From contig JAWAEU010000006.1 of assembly GCA_038891055.1 (NCBI GenBank), positions 974 through 64,973 of the forward strand: a DNA stretch of 64,000 bases. Reading direction: 5' to 3'. The translations under genes were made by a program, and so were the position numbers. The notes beneath the pieces are model-generated. The model was not told the origin of the DNA. It was given only the letters and a program-made list of their open reading frames with translations, and did no database searches. This DNA comes from Candidatus Anstonellaceae archaeon. GTDB lineage: Archaea > Micrarchaeota > Micrarchaeia > Anstonellales > Anstonellaceae. Positions 8,421 to 18,900 of the stretch are shown piece by piece; within the stretch, counting starts at the first letter, position 1, and each line of letters starts with the position of its first letter.

Positions 8421-9446
8421 TTATCTAAATGGCTTTAGACCATTATTTAAAAATTCAAGATAGGAACTCTTAAAAGCCTTTGAATATAAAAGAGCGACAA
8501 AATTTTTTATTTGCTCTTCATTTAGACGTGAGCGTAAATCAACTTCGGTTAATATTGGAGGATAAGCAAAATTATTTCCAACTGAGGATAAAAATAAAAA
8601 GTAAGAGGGGAATTTAAACAAAGCCTCATTTTCTACTACCTCCAATCTTATTGGAAATAGGGCGTTAGAAGTTTTTATATAACAAACAGCTATTTTTGGA
8701 AATTGCAAATAGCTCTCCGCTATGTTTTGTTCATGAAAACTAAAAAAACCTGTTCTCTGCTTAGGTTTTAAAATAAAATTTAATACCAACATATCGCTAA
8801 AAGAGGTAGAGGGAATCATACCTAACTCTGCAAGCATATTCAAAAATCTTTTACTCTTTGAATCTTTAACTACACCTGCCACTAAAACATTATTTTTCTT
8901 ACAAATATTAAATAATTCTGAATATAGGTTTAGTAGCTCTAAATAATCTTTAAAAATAGGACTTTCTTTAGTTGGTTTGTCTACTGAAAGTGGTAAAAGA
9001 GAACCATCTAAAAGAAGGATATTGGGCATATGATTTTTTATTATCCCTATAGCCGTACTTATCTCTGCTTTTAGCCTTACCAAAGAAGTAAATCTCAGAG
9101 GATCAAAATTCTCTAAATCTTGTGCGACTTCCAGTTCAATGGAAGAATTTTTTGGAAAATAACTAAAAGAAGAAAATTTGGAATTTTTGTATTTAAAAAC
9201 TGCACCACACACTTTATATAAAACTAAAGTTTGATTAAACTTTTCAAAATATTCAAACCCACAGTCTACCGAAGCCACGCTAAAATCTCCTGGAGAAACT
9301 TCTACATCCATGAAAACCTTCTCTCTATAGGGCTCTAAGAAAATATTAGAGAAATCAGTTTTTTTAATATCTTCAACTAATGTAGTGAATTTATCTTGTT
9401 GTATTTTAAGCTTATCTAAAAACTCTGAGAATTTCTTATCATGCAT
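8421..9446 (-). CDS. nurA: NurA-family nuclease
   Basis: ASVDCG, LLLDGSL, AGVVKDSKS, PIRLE, YPP.L.EVD motifs. Confidence 0.8.
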   Translation of the reverse strand: MHDKKFSEFLDKLKIQQDKFTTLVEDIKKTDFSNIFLEPYREKVFMDVEVSPGDFSVASVDCGFEYFEKFNQTLVLYKVCGAVFKYKNSKFSSFSYFPKNSSIELEVAQDLENFDPLRFTSLVRLKAEISTAIGIIKNHMPNILLLDGSLLPLSVDKPTKESPIFKDYLELLNLYSELFNICKKNNVLVAGVVKDSKSKRFLNMLAELGMIPSTSFSDMLVLNFILKPKQRTGFFSFHEQNIAESYLQFPKIAVCYIKTSNALFPIRLEVVENEALFKFPSYFLFLSSVGNNFAYPPILTEVDLRSRLNEEQIKNFVALLYSKAFKSSYLEFLNNGLKPFR

Positions 9447-9498
9447 AAATAAAAATTAAATCATAATGTTTTAATAAATTAGTTAAGTTAATGTTGAT

Positions 9499-9858
9499 AT
9501 GAAAAGAGAGATTAAACAAAGCATTATAATAAGAACTGACCTTAAAATGGGAAAAGGAAAAATTGCTTCGCAAGCAGCCCATGCCTCTGTTTTGGGATTT
9601 ATTTTAATGCTAAAAAAAGATAAAACTATTTTAAAAGATTGGTTAGCTCAGGGAATGCCAAAAATAGTGCTGAAGGTAAATAGTTTAGAAGAGTTATTAG
9701 AAATTGAAAAGAAAGCAAAAGAAAAAAAAATAATTTCTGCTAAAATAACGGATGCTGGTAAAACTCAAATAGAACCAAACACCATAACTGCACTTGTGTT
9801 AGGCCCAGCACCACAAGAGCACATAGATTCTATAACAAAAAACCTAAAACTTCTCTGA
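9499..9858 (+). CDS. pth2: Peptidyl-tRNA hydrolase 2
   Basis: KQ.IIIRTDLKMGKGKIASQAAHAS, PKIVLKV, DAGKTQI.P.T.TAL..GP. Confidence 0.96.
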   Translation: MKREIKQSIIIRTDLKMGKGKIASQAAHASVLGFILMLKKDKTILKDWLAQGMPKIVLKVNSLEELLEIEKKAKEKKIISAKITDAGKTQIEPNTITALVLGPAPQEHIDSITKNLKLL

Positions 9859-9867
9859 GGGGAAAAA

Positions 9868-11754
9868 ATGGATAGTGACCTAAAATATATAAGCTCAAAA
9901 GAATGGTGGTTAGCAAATGGGGCCGGAGGTTGGGCAAGTTCAACAATTGCAAACGCAAATACAACAAAATATCATGGAATTTTTGTATCTTCAGATGATG
10001 AAGGAAAAAGATATGTCTTAGTATCCACTCTGGAGGAGTTTGTTATTCTGCCTATTAAAAAATATCCTCTAAGCACTCACTTTTACAAAGACGCTATTTA
10101 TCCGCAGGGATATAAGTACTTAAAAGATTTTTCTTTTAATTCCATAGTTGCTCGCTGGACATATGAAATTGAAAATAATAAAATTTCAAAAGAGATTTGG
10201 ACAGGAATTGAATCAAATCAAACATATCTTAGATATACTCTATTAGATGGAAAGGGAGTTGGGCTTAGTATAATCCCAATTTTTGCTTTTAGAGAAATCC
10301 ACTCTATAGGCTCAAAAAAAATCTCGGAAAAAAATTTTTTTTACAACCCCAGGATAGTGAAATTTTATTTTCCTTTTGAGTGGACTATAGGCATAAACAG
10401 AGGAATGATTACAAAATACCAATATGACTATTATAATTTTTTTTATCAAAAAGAATTTGAGAGGGAGGAAGAAGCTATTGAAGATTTATATACTTTAGTT
10501 CAAATAAACACATACTTGACTGAAGGACAAAGCTTAGAGATTTGTTTTTACAAAGAGCCCTCTGCTTATATTGATACACAATTAAAAGAATATGCTACTA
10601 TCCAACGAGTAAAAAAAATATATCCCAAAGAAATATTGCCAAATTTTTATTCTCTTTTATATACCTCAGAACAATTTTTAATAAGGCACAATAAAAAATA
10701 TGGAGTTTGTGCTGGCTATCCATACTTTTGGCAATGGGCAAGAGATACTTTTATTTCCTTACCTGGCCTCTGCCTTCCTCTCAAAAAATATAAGATATTT
10801 TTAGAGACTATGGAAAACTGGCTGGACTATAGTTTAGATGGAGTTCTTCCAAACAGAATAGAAAAAGAGCCAATATATGAATCTGTAGATGGTTTTTTAT
10901 GGCTAATATGGGCAGCTAGAGAATTTGAAAAAGAAAAAAAGTTGCCGCAAAAAATTAAAAATAAAATTATAAAAGAATTTAGATATTGGCTTGAACCAAA
11001 CGAATACTTTAAGTTAGACCAAGATGGATTGATATACTTAAAAAAACCTCGTCTTACTTGGATGGATACCTCTATAGATGGAGTTGCACTCAATCCAAGA
11101 ATTGGAAAACCAATAGAAATAAACTCCTTGTGGCTCTATTCTTTGGAGTATCTAATAAAAATAGATAAGAAAAACTCGGCAGAATATAAAAAGATTTACA
11201 AATTAGCCTCAAATTCTATAAAAAAATTTATTTTAGAAGAGAATTTAGCAGATAATATAGAGCCTAATGACCCCTCCAATAGACCAAATCAACTCTGGGC
11301 ATTTGCACTATTACCAAAAATCTTCTATAATTATAGAGAAATGATGAAAAATATTAGAAAAAAATTATTTGTTAGTGGATATGGATTTTATTCTTTAGAC
11401 CCTATGGATAAAAATTTTGTTCCGCTCTATTTTGGAGATATAAAAAAAAGAGATAAAGCATATCACAATGGAGCGATATGGCCATATTTTATAGGGGCAT
11501 ATACTGATGCCTGGCTAAACTTAGGGCTTGATTTAAAGACCATACAACAAGACGTTGAGGAAATTATAAAAAACATAAATGCAAAAGCTCTTTTGGCCCT
11601 ACCTGAAATATATCGCCAGCAAGATCTTGCAGCAGATGGCTGCCAACTTCAGGCATGGAGCGTAGCTGAGACCATTAGGTCATATTTAAAAATTTTAAAA
11701 GCAAATAAAAATAAACATCTTCTGGAGCTGAAATTAGAAAAAAATAACACTTGA
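9868..11754 (+). CDS. Glycogen debranching enzyme (amylo-alpha-1,6-glucosidase family)
   Basis: EWWLANG.GG.AS, AGYPYF..WARDTFISLPG, TWMD, GKPIEIN.LW, RPNQ, YHNG.IWP, QAWSVAE. Confidence 0.92.
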   Translation: MDSDLKYISSKEWWLANGAGGWASSTIANANTTKYHGIFVSSDDEGKRYVLVSTLEEFVILPIKKYPLSTHFYKDAIYPQGYKYLKDFSFNSIVARWTYEIENNKISKEIWTGIESNQTYLRYTLLDGKGVGLSIIPIFAFREIHSIGSKKISEKNFFYNPRIVKFYFPFEWTIGINRGMITKYQYDYYNFFYQKEFEREEEAIEDLYTLVQINTYLTEGQSLEICFYKEPSAYIDTQLKEYATIQRVKKIYPKEILPNFYSLLYTSEQFLIRHNKKYGVCAGYPYFWQWARDTFISLPGLCLPLKKYKIFLETMENWLDYSLDGVLPNRIEKEPIYESVDGFLWLIWAAREFEKEKKLPQKIKNKIIKEFRYWLEPNEYFKLDQDGLIYLKKPRLTWMDTSIDGVALNPRIGKPIEINSLWLYSLEYLIKIDKKNSAEYKKIYKLASNSIKKFILEENLADNIEPNDPSNRPNQLWAFALLPKIFYNYREMMKNIRKKLFVSGYGFYSLDPMDKNFVPLYFGDIKKRDKAYHNGAIWPYFIGAYTDAWLNLGLDLKTIQQDVEEIIKNINAKALLALPEIYRQQDLAADGCQLQAWSVAETIRSYLKILKANKNKHLLELKLEKNNT

Positions 11755-11788
11755 AAAAATTAATAAAAACTTTATTTGAAGTGAGAGA

Positions 11789-12535
11789 ATGGACTATAAT
11801 TTAATCATTGAGGAAGTAAGAAAAACGATTGAGAGCGGATACTACGAGAATTTTGCACCACTAAAAAAAGAAAAGAGGTCTTTAGTGGATGAAATAGAAA
11901 AAAGATTTTCAAATGGCATGGTCCCAATTATTTTAGAAATTGCAACGGCAGATAAAACTAAACTTTATTTTTCTACAAAAAATAAATTATTGTCTTATCT
12001 CCATGAAATTGAAAAACAAAAATGGATAGCTGCACTTAACATCTGGGTAGAGCCAAAAATACATGCTGGAGATATTAGATGGCTTTCTCAAAATTTTTCC
12101 ACCATAGTTGTTTGTAGTGATTACATAATTGACCCAATTCAAATGGTTGGGGGAGATGCTCTGATATTGGATTATGAGTTAGTAGAAGTAGCAAAGGTGG
12201 ATATAAATAGGTTGATTGATTTTGCACATGAGGCAGATTTTGAAACAATAGTTAAAGTTCGAAATATCAAAGAATTTGAAGAGGCTAAAAAAACAGAAAC
12301 TGACATTTTCATGATAGAAAATAAATATAGTATAGACAAAACTTTAGAAATTTTAAATAAAATAAATACCCCCAGGCCAATAATTGTAAAAAATGGAATA
12401 TATGGCAAAAAAGATATTCGTATTCTAATTTCTAGTGGAATTAAGGGAATTGAAATAAACTATGAAGAAAATTTCCAAATAGATTCAATTATAAAAAAAA
12501 TAGAAGAAATAAAAAATTCAATAAAAGGAGTCTAA
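11789..12535 (+). CDS. TrpC (IGPS)-like TIM barrel, catalytically degenerate
   Basis: IILEI, EP...GD, DYIIDP.Q...GDALIL, V.VRN..E, GI...D.....SG; catalytic Lys/Glu positions substituted. Confidence 0.65.
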   Translation: MDYNLIIEEVRKTIESGYYENFAPLKKEKRSLVDEIEKRFSNGMVPIILEIATADKTKLYFSTKNKLLSYLHEIEKQKWIAALNIWVEPKIHAGDIRWLSQNFSTIVVCSDYIIDPIQMVGGDALILDYELVEVAKVDINRLIDFAHEADFETIVKVRNIKEFEEAKKTETDIFMIENKYSIDKTLEILNKINTPRPIIVKNGIYGKKDIRILISSGIKGIEINYEENFQIDSIIKKIEEIKNSIKGV

Positions 12536-12559
12536 AAGTAGTAGATGAAAAATGGGAAG

Positions 12560-12673
12560 TTACTCTTCATCCCAATCTTCATCAAATTCCTCTTCGTCTT
12601 CGTCCTCGTCAAAGGAATCATCGTAGTCTTCCTCTTCTTCATCAAATTCCTCTTCGTCTTCGTCCACTATCAT
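12560..12673 (-). CDS. 37-aa hyperacidic peptide
   Basis: ATG at 12673 with a GAGGTG SD just upstream; 28 of 37 residues are D/E; contains a 30-bp direct repeat. Confidence 0.6.
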   Translation of the reverse strand: MIVDEDEEEFDEEEEDYDDSFDEDEDEEEFDEDWDEE

Positions 12674-12792
12674 TGCAAACACCTCTTTTTTGGTTAAATA
12701 ATAAACAGAAAAATTTTTAAATCTATTTAAAGCAGCAAATTTCAAACAAATAAAACAAAATAATTAAATAAATAAGGGAATAATAAAAAATT

Positions 12793-12978
12793 ATGAATGT
12801 AGAATTAGAAGAAGGTAAAATATACAAAGTAAAAATAGAGCATCTTCTTCCAGGAAATAGAGGACTAACAAAAATCGATGGATTTCCTATATATATAAAT
12901 AATGTAAATAAAAAAGAAGAAGTGAAAATAAAAATAGTAAAAATAGCAAAAACTTATGCTCAAGCAGAAAAGATTTGA
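12793..12978 (+). CDS. Single TRAM-domain protein (archaeal RNA chaperone type)
   Basis: EEGKIY.V.IE.....G..KIDGF.IY......EEVKIKI.KI...YA.A. Confidence 0.85.
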   Translation: MNVELEEGKIYKVKIEHLLPGNRGLTKIDGFPIYINNVNKKEEVKIKIVKIAKTYAQAEKI

Positions 12979-12987
12979 GGTAAAAAG

Positions 12988-14745
12988 ATGTGCGGAATTG
13001 TAGGATATATTGGAAATAAAAATGCAATAGAAATAGTTTTAGAAGGTTTAAAAAAAGTAGAGTACAGAGGTTATGACTCTGCAGGAATAGCCTATGAAGT
13101 AGATGGGGAAATAAAAATAGTAAAGGATGTTGGGACTATCTCAAAAGTCTTTGAAAACAACTATGAGGTTGAGAATTTTAAAACACAGGCACACAGAGCA
13201 ATTGGACATACTCGTTGGGCAACACATGGACCACCATGCAAAGAAAATTCTCATCCACATCTAGATTGTAAAAAGAAAATTGCCATAGTACACAATGGCA
13301 TAATAGAGAATTACTTAGAATTAAAAAATAGTTTAAAACAACATAAATTTGTTAGTGAGACAGATAGTGAAATAATAGCCCACCTAATAGAAGAAGAACT
13401 AAAAAAAGAACCAGATAATTTAAAAGCAATTGATAAATCCATAAAAAAATTAAATGGCACATATGCCATAGGAATTATGCTATTAGATGAAAATTGTCTT
13501 TATGTTGCAAAAAAGTATGCACCCCTAATAATTGGGATAGGAGAAGATGAGATGTTTTTTGCTTCTGACATTCCTGCATTATTGCCATATACAAAAAAAG
13601 TTATAATATTAAATGACGATGAACTTGCAAAAATTACAAATAAAAAAATAGAGATATATGATAAAAATCTCAAACAACTAAACCCCCAGATAATAAATAT
13701 ACAATGGACAGAGAGCATGGCAAAAAAGGATGGATTTGAGCATTTTATGTTAAAAGAGATATTTGAACAGCCCCTAGTAATAAAAAATGCTTGTGGAGTA
13801 GATATAAGTGAATCTCTACAAATTCTAAAAAAAGCAAAAAACATCTCAATTATTGGATGCGGTACTTCCTACTATGCTGCATTGGCTTTCTCTTACCTTT
13901 TAAATAAATGTGGAATTAATGCTAATGCATACATTGCTTCAGAATACGAGGATTGGACAGCAAAAAATGAGGATTTAATAATAGCAATTTCTCAGTCTGG
14001 AGAAACTGCAGATACACTAAAAGTAGTGAGAGAAGCAAAAAAGAGAGGAGTAAAAATAATTGCCATAACTAATGTGATTGGCTCTAGTTTATCAATTTTA
14101 GCACACTCTACAATAAATATTGGGGCTGGACCTGAAATAAGCGTAGTTGCTACTAAAAGTTTTGTTGCACAAATAGTTGTACTCTATAGACTGGTGTATG
14201 GATTAAAAGAAGATAGAGAAAAAGAAAAAAGACTACTAGAGCTCTCTGAGAAAATTCAAAGGATATTGCAAAAACATCAAGAAATAAAAAACCTTGCAAA
14301 AACACTTAAAAAAAGCCGAGATTTCTTATTTCTTTCTAAAGGCTTGGGATATGTTGCTGCCCTAGAAGGAGCACTAAAACTAAAAGAGATAACTTATTTA
14401 CATGCAGAGGCATATCCTTCAGGTGAATTAAAACATGGACCAATTTCAATGATAGAAAAAGAGATGCCAGTTATATTTATAGCGCCAACTTATCTCAACA
14501 CTACCAAAATTATAAGTAATATCAAAGAATGTAAAGCTAGGGGAGCTAAAATAATAGCCATATCAGACAATAAAGAAGTCTTGGGAGAAGCCGATATTAA
14601 AATAGAGATGGAAGATGAAAACAGTGAGATGTTTTTAATATATTACATCGTGCCACTTCAACTCTTAGCATATTATTTAGCTTTAGAGCTAAAAAAAGAT
14701 CCAGATAAACCAAGAAATCTTGCAAAATCAGTTACTGTAGAATAA
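12988..14745 (+). CDS. glmS: Glutamine--fructose-6-phosphate aminotransferase
   Basis: MCGIVG, EYRGYDSAG, GHTRWATHG, SQSGETAD, ELKHGP, PRNLAKSVTVE. Confidence 0.98.
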   Translation: MCGIVGYIGNKNAIEIVLEGLKKVEYRGYDSAGIAYEVDGEIKIVKDVGTISKVFENNYEVENFKTQAHRAIGHTRWATHGPPCKENSHPHLDCKKKIAIVHNGIIENYLELKNSLKQHKFVSETDSEIIAHLIEEELKKEPDNLKAIDKSIKKLNGTYAIGIMLLDENCLYVAKKYAPLIIGIGEDEMFFASDIPALLPYTKKVIILNDDELAKITNKKIEIYDKNLKQLNPQIINIQWTESMAKKDGFEHFMLKEIFEQPLVIKNACGVDISESLQILKKAKNISIIGCGTSYYAALAFSYLLNKCGINANAYIASEYEDWTAKNEDLIIAISQSGETADTLKVVREAKKRGVKIIAITNVIGSSLSILAHSTINIGAGPEISVVATKSFVAQIVVLYRLVYGLKEDREKEKRLLELSEKIQRILQKHQEIKNLAKTLKKSRDFLFLSKGLGYVAALEGALKLKEITYLHAEAYPSGELKHGPISMIEKEMPVIFIAPTYLNTTKIISNIKECKARGAKIIAISDNKEVLGEADIKIEMEDENSEMFLIYYIVPLQLLAYYLALELKKDPDKPRNLAKSVTVE

Positions 14746-14805
14746 AAATAAATTCCAAAATTAAAATAAAGCTTATCTTTTAAATCAAAAATAGGGGTGT
14801 AAACT

Positions 14806-15066
14806 ATGAGCAGTATAAAAAAAGTTTTAATTATCGACGGTAAAGAACATTTTATAGAAGTAAATTCTAGCCTGGAACTAAATGAGATAGACATAACGGC
14901 TACAGAGCCTCTAACAAATAAAGTGATACATATTAGTCTCAACTCAATTTTAAGTCCAAAGAGAGAAATGTTAGATATTCCTCCAAAAAACTTAGAAGAG
15001 AGATCAAAAAATTTATTTGAAAGAGAAGAAGACAATACAAATGTTATAAACGAGATTTTTGGCTAA
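14806..15066 (+). CDS. Hypothetical protein (86 aa)
   Basis: GGGGTG SD before the ATG; fills the gap between glmS and the HAD gene. Confidence 0.55.
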   Translation: MSSIKKVLIIDGKEHFIEVNSSLELNEIDITATEPLTNKVIHISLNSILSPKREMLDIPPKNLEERSKNLFEREEDNTNVINEIFG

Positions 15067-15883
15067 ATTGATCTAATACCTCCTCTAAATTTGCAACAGA
15101 TTGAATAACAAAATCTGGTTTATAATAGAAATTATTTATGTCCTCTTTTTTTGAAACTCCGCTCAGAACTAAGACTGACATCAGCCCGTATTTTTTTGCA
15201 AATACAACATCTACATCTAGTCTATCACCAACAAAAATGGATTTTTTTCGATCATTTTTATTTATAAATAAATCCAAAATAAATCTGGAAGGTTTTCCTA
15301 CTACTAAATCTGGATAGCGCAAATTCATCTTTCTGCCTTTTAGATCTCCCAAGCTAAAAGCGATAGCTGCTGCAAGAGCACCTGCTCCTGGATCTAGCCC
15401 ATCTTCTACAGGATAATTAGGATCTAAATTACAGGCTATCCATTTGTTTGTTTTTTTTAAAAATCTTAAACAAATTTTTAGTTTTGAGTAATTAAAATCT
15501 CTATCCAGCCCACTAATTAAAACTGCATTTTCTAAAAATTCTTGCTTTAGTGCCTGCTCGTGAGATAAAATATTTATTCCCATAGATTGTATTTCCTGCT
15601 TTAAACCTTCCTCGCCTATTACATAAGCATACGTATAGCCAAATTTTTTAGCAGCCATTGCTGCAGCAAAAGCAGAAGAGATGATCTGCTCTTCTCTTGC
15701 CTTTATACCAAGAGAGAAGAGTTTTCTGGCTATTTGCTCTCTTGATTTAGTTGCATTATTAGTTAGAAAAAATATTTTGTATTTTTTTTCTAAGTTTTCT
15801 ATCACTCTGTCAGCTCCTTCAATTAGTCTATCCCCCAAATAAATTACTCCATCCAAATCAAAAATGATATTTTTAATATCCAT
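15044..15883 (-). CDS. HAD-superfamily class IIA hydrolase (NagD-like)
   Basis: FDLDGVIY, LTNN, GKPS, VGDRLDVD, VLSGV. Confidence 0.92.
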   Translation of the reverse strand: MDIKNIIFDLDGVIYLGDRLIEGADRVIENLEKKYKIFFLTNNATKSREQIARKLFSLGIKAREEQIISSAFAAAMAAKKFGYTYAYVIGEEGLKQEIQSMGINILSHEQALKQEFLENAVLISGLDRDFNYSKLKICLRFLKKTNKWIACNLDPNYPVEDGLDPGAGALAAAIAFSLGDLKGRKMNLRYPDLVVGKPSRFILDLFINKNDRKKSIFVGDRLDVDVVFAKKYGLMSVLVLSGVSKKEDINNFYYKPDFVIQSVANLEEVLDQFSQKSRL

Positions 15884-15922
15884 AAAAATCCCTACTTAAA
15901 ATTTATAAAAAATCAATAAAAA

Positions 15923-18900
15923 TTACATAAAATCTGAGAGCTGTACTTTTCTTTTATCTCTTTCTTCTATAAAAACTGAATTTATATCTTTTTTTATTAA
16001 TTCTACTCTTTGCTTGAGGTAATCTGGCAGCATATAGCGCTCTATCAATTTTTGAGTTGGTTCTAAATATTTTTCAATACCTGCCTTGTAAATAGTAGGT
16101 AAAATTTTACCATTACAAAATATACATGTTCCTCTAAGTGGCACTCTTCGATATTTTTTATTACAATCAGAGCATCTAAATTCTTGCCTTGAAAATGACC
16201 TTAAATTTCCATAGATATCTGGCAAGAAATGGGAGAGCACAACACGCTTTGCTACGATTGCTGGGTTTACAGCTCTTATTTTATCTTCTAATGCAAATTG
16301 TACTTCTATTTTTTTCTCCATTTTCTTTTCCAAAGAAGTATATGAAGTTTTTAGAGGCCCATTTTGTATATTCTCAACTCCAAAACTAAATTCTAGATTT
16401 TCATATTGCTGGGGCTTATCCAAAAGATCTTTTACTGTTTTAATTTCAACTTCTGAAGGAAGGGCAAAAGAGAGTGTTTTTTCATAAAAATCTAGAGGAT
16501 ATGAAGATACACATTCCATACAATGAACCTCATCATCTATTTCAGCAGGCTTTATAATTGTGCTCAAAACAAGTGGTGCATCCATAGTTCCTCCTCGAGA
16601 AGAGGGAAGAAATTTTATAGAGAAATTCAAAAGTGCATCTAAAAGCAGTATAATGCTATCTTCATCCCCATCACAATTTCTTCTTTTTGCACAATGAAAA
16701 TATGGGTGAGCAAAGCAAACGTTTGCATCTGTAAAGCCAATAATTCTACAAAGTACTCCCGCAGAAGTATGAGGAGAAAGACCAATACATAAGTGACCTA
16801 CAAGCTCTTGGTATGACTGTAAATTATAAAATGGCTTTAACTGATAGACCTCTACTAATAATTCATCTATAAATTTTGAAACCTTAAATAAATATTCGCC
16901 TGCTACTTTAGGTATAATTATATCCTGAACTTTTAGGGCAAGCAACTGGTCTTTAGAAACAAGAGGCTTACCATAAATATCGGTGCTATAGCCCAATTCA
17001 ATAAGTTTTTTTATCTCCACCCCAACTTCAGCTGGTTTGAATTGAGTAAGAGGCATATCAGTCATGTCAAACCTACAAGTACCATCTCTAAAAATGCTAA
17101 GATCATATTTTGCACGTAAAAATCCTTTGTCTAAAATTTCAGGTATTTTGTATTGAGAAATTAAACCATGTACTCCTTTTATTTCTTTTAAGTTCATGCC
17201 ATTTAGCCTAGATTTTGTAATTTCTACTTCTCTAATTAGGTCTAAGAATTTTTGGCTTGCTAATTCTTTAGGATTTTTTATACTCCTGGAAACTTTTTGG
17301 TTTGAAAGACGTTCTGGTACGCATTTTCCCCCACAATAAATACATCTTAATCTATAGTTTTTCCTTTTGCAATCAGTGCAAATATAGTCTGCAAGTTCAA
17401 CATAAATACCTTTTTCCTGTTTTTTTTGATCAGATTTTAATTTAGAATATAATTTTAAAATTTCTCGTGACTTGTGACTAAGACCTACTGGAAAGAGCAC
17501 ATGAACTGGGGGCGACATCTCTCTTCTTTTTGCTTTTTCTGGCCTTCCCATTCTCACTCCAATATAGACTGGTGCTTTGTTTAAGATAGTTATTCCCGAG
17601 AGGCTTTGAATATTTTCAAATACTGTCTTATTTGGATCAAAAAATTTTTCAAATCTCTCTAAAGATAATTTTCTTTTTCCTACTTTAAATAGTCCTAACG
17701 AGAGAATTAAAGCTAGAGCATTTTCTTTATCTATAATTATTTTATTTTCTTTAACTAAATGGGGAATACCTAACAGCTCCAAATATCTCTTTTGATTTGA
17801 AGATTCTATGGTAAATGATTTTAACTCAAATAAATCGAAATCTAATTTTGCATTTTCAAATATCCACAACGCTAATTCTTTTAGTTGAATAGAATTTAGT
17901 TCATTCCAAAAGAAAGTAAACTTTGGATGTAGGGGAATAGAATATTTTTCTGCGATTTCAAAAGCTTGGGCACAACTTAGATTTTTTGGATATTTTACTT
18001 GCTTTGCTTGAGCTATTTTTTCCCACCACTCCTCTACAAAAGGAGAAGGAAGCAACGCGTGATTAGACTTTAGAAAATCACCATAGCTTATCAACAAATC
18101 TCCTAAAAATAAAATCTCATCTACTTGATCCACCAATTTTTTTGCTTCTTCTACGTTTTCTACATAAACCACTGAGCCATCCTTCAGCTTTACAATTGGC
18201 CCCATTATGCTATCACAACAACTTACAACAGCACCCTTACCTGGCCTATCTATTTTTATTTGAGTGCCTATAGCCAAAAAAGAATTTAAAATATACATAG
18301 TTGCTGGATGGATTGCTTTAGCAGCTATTCCAGTAACTCTGGTTCTACCATATCTTAACCTAAAGCCGCCCTTTGCCATAGAGAAAGAAAATATAGGCCT
18401 CCCTGCTACAATCTCTTCAAAAAATTTGTTATCCTCCTTCAGCTCAAATTTTTTTTCTTCTTTTTTTATTCCTTTTGCAATTGTGGTTAGAAAATTCCAG
18501 TCCTCCTCTAACCCTATTTTTGAAGAGTATTTAACTAATTTAGCTGCCTTTTGTGCAATACCTTCACATAAAACTAAAATTGCCCCTCCCCTTATTCTAT
18601 TTGTTTTTACTCGCTTTAGATCACGATAGAGAGAAACTTCTATTTGTTCTGTTGGCTCTCCATTTACACAGATAGGACAATTTCTTACAATAAATCTTAA
18701 CTCCTCGTCTGTTGGCTTGTACTGAAGCCTTGCGCATCTCTCATTATAAATATTACATTCTTCCACATATCGCTCTATTTCTGTTTCTGTAGGGCGATAT
18801 CGACCAATATTAAAAAATCTTCTTGCGTAATCTGCCAATAAAACGGCTTGAGCTGAAGCAGTTCCACCTGCAGATCTAATTGGACCTGCAAAATACACTG

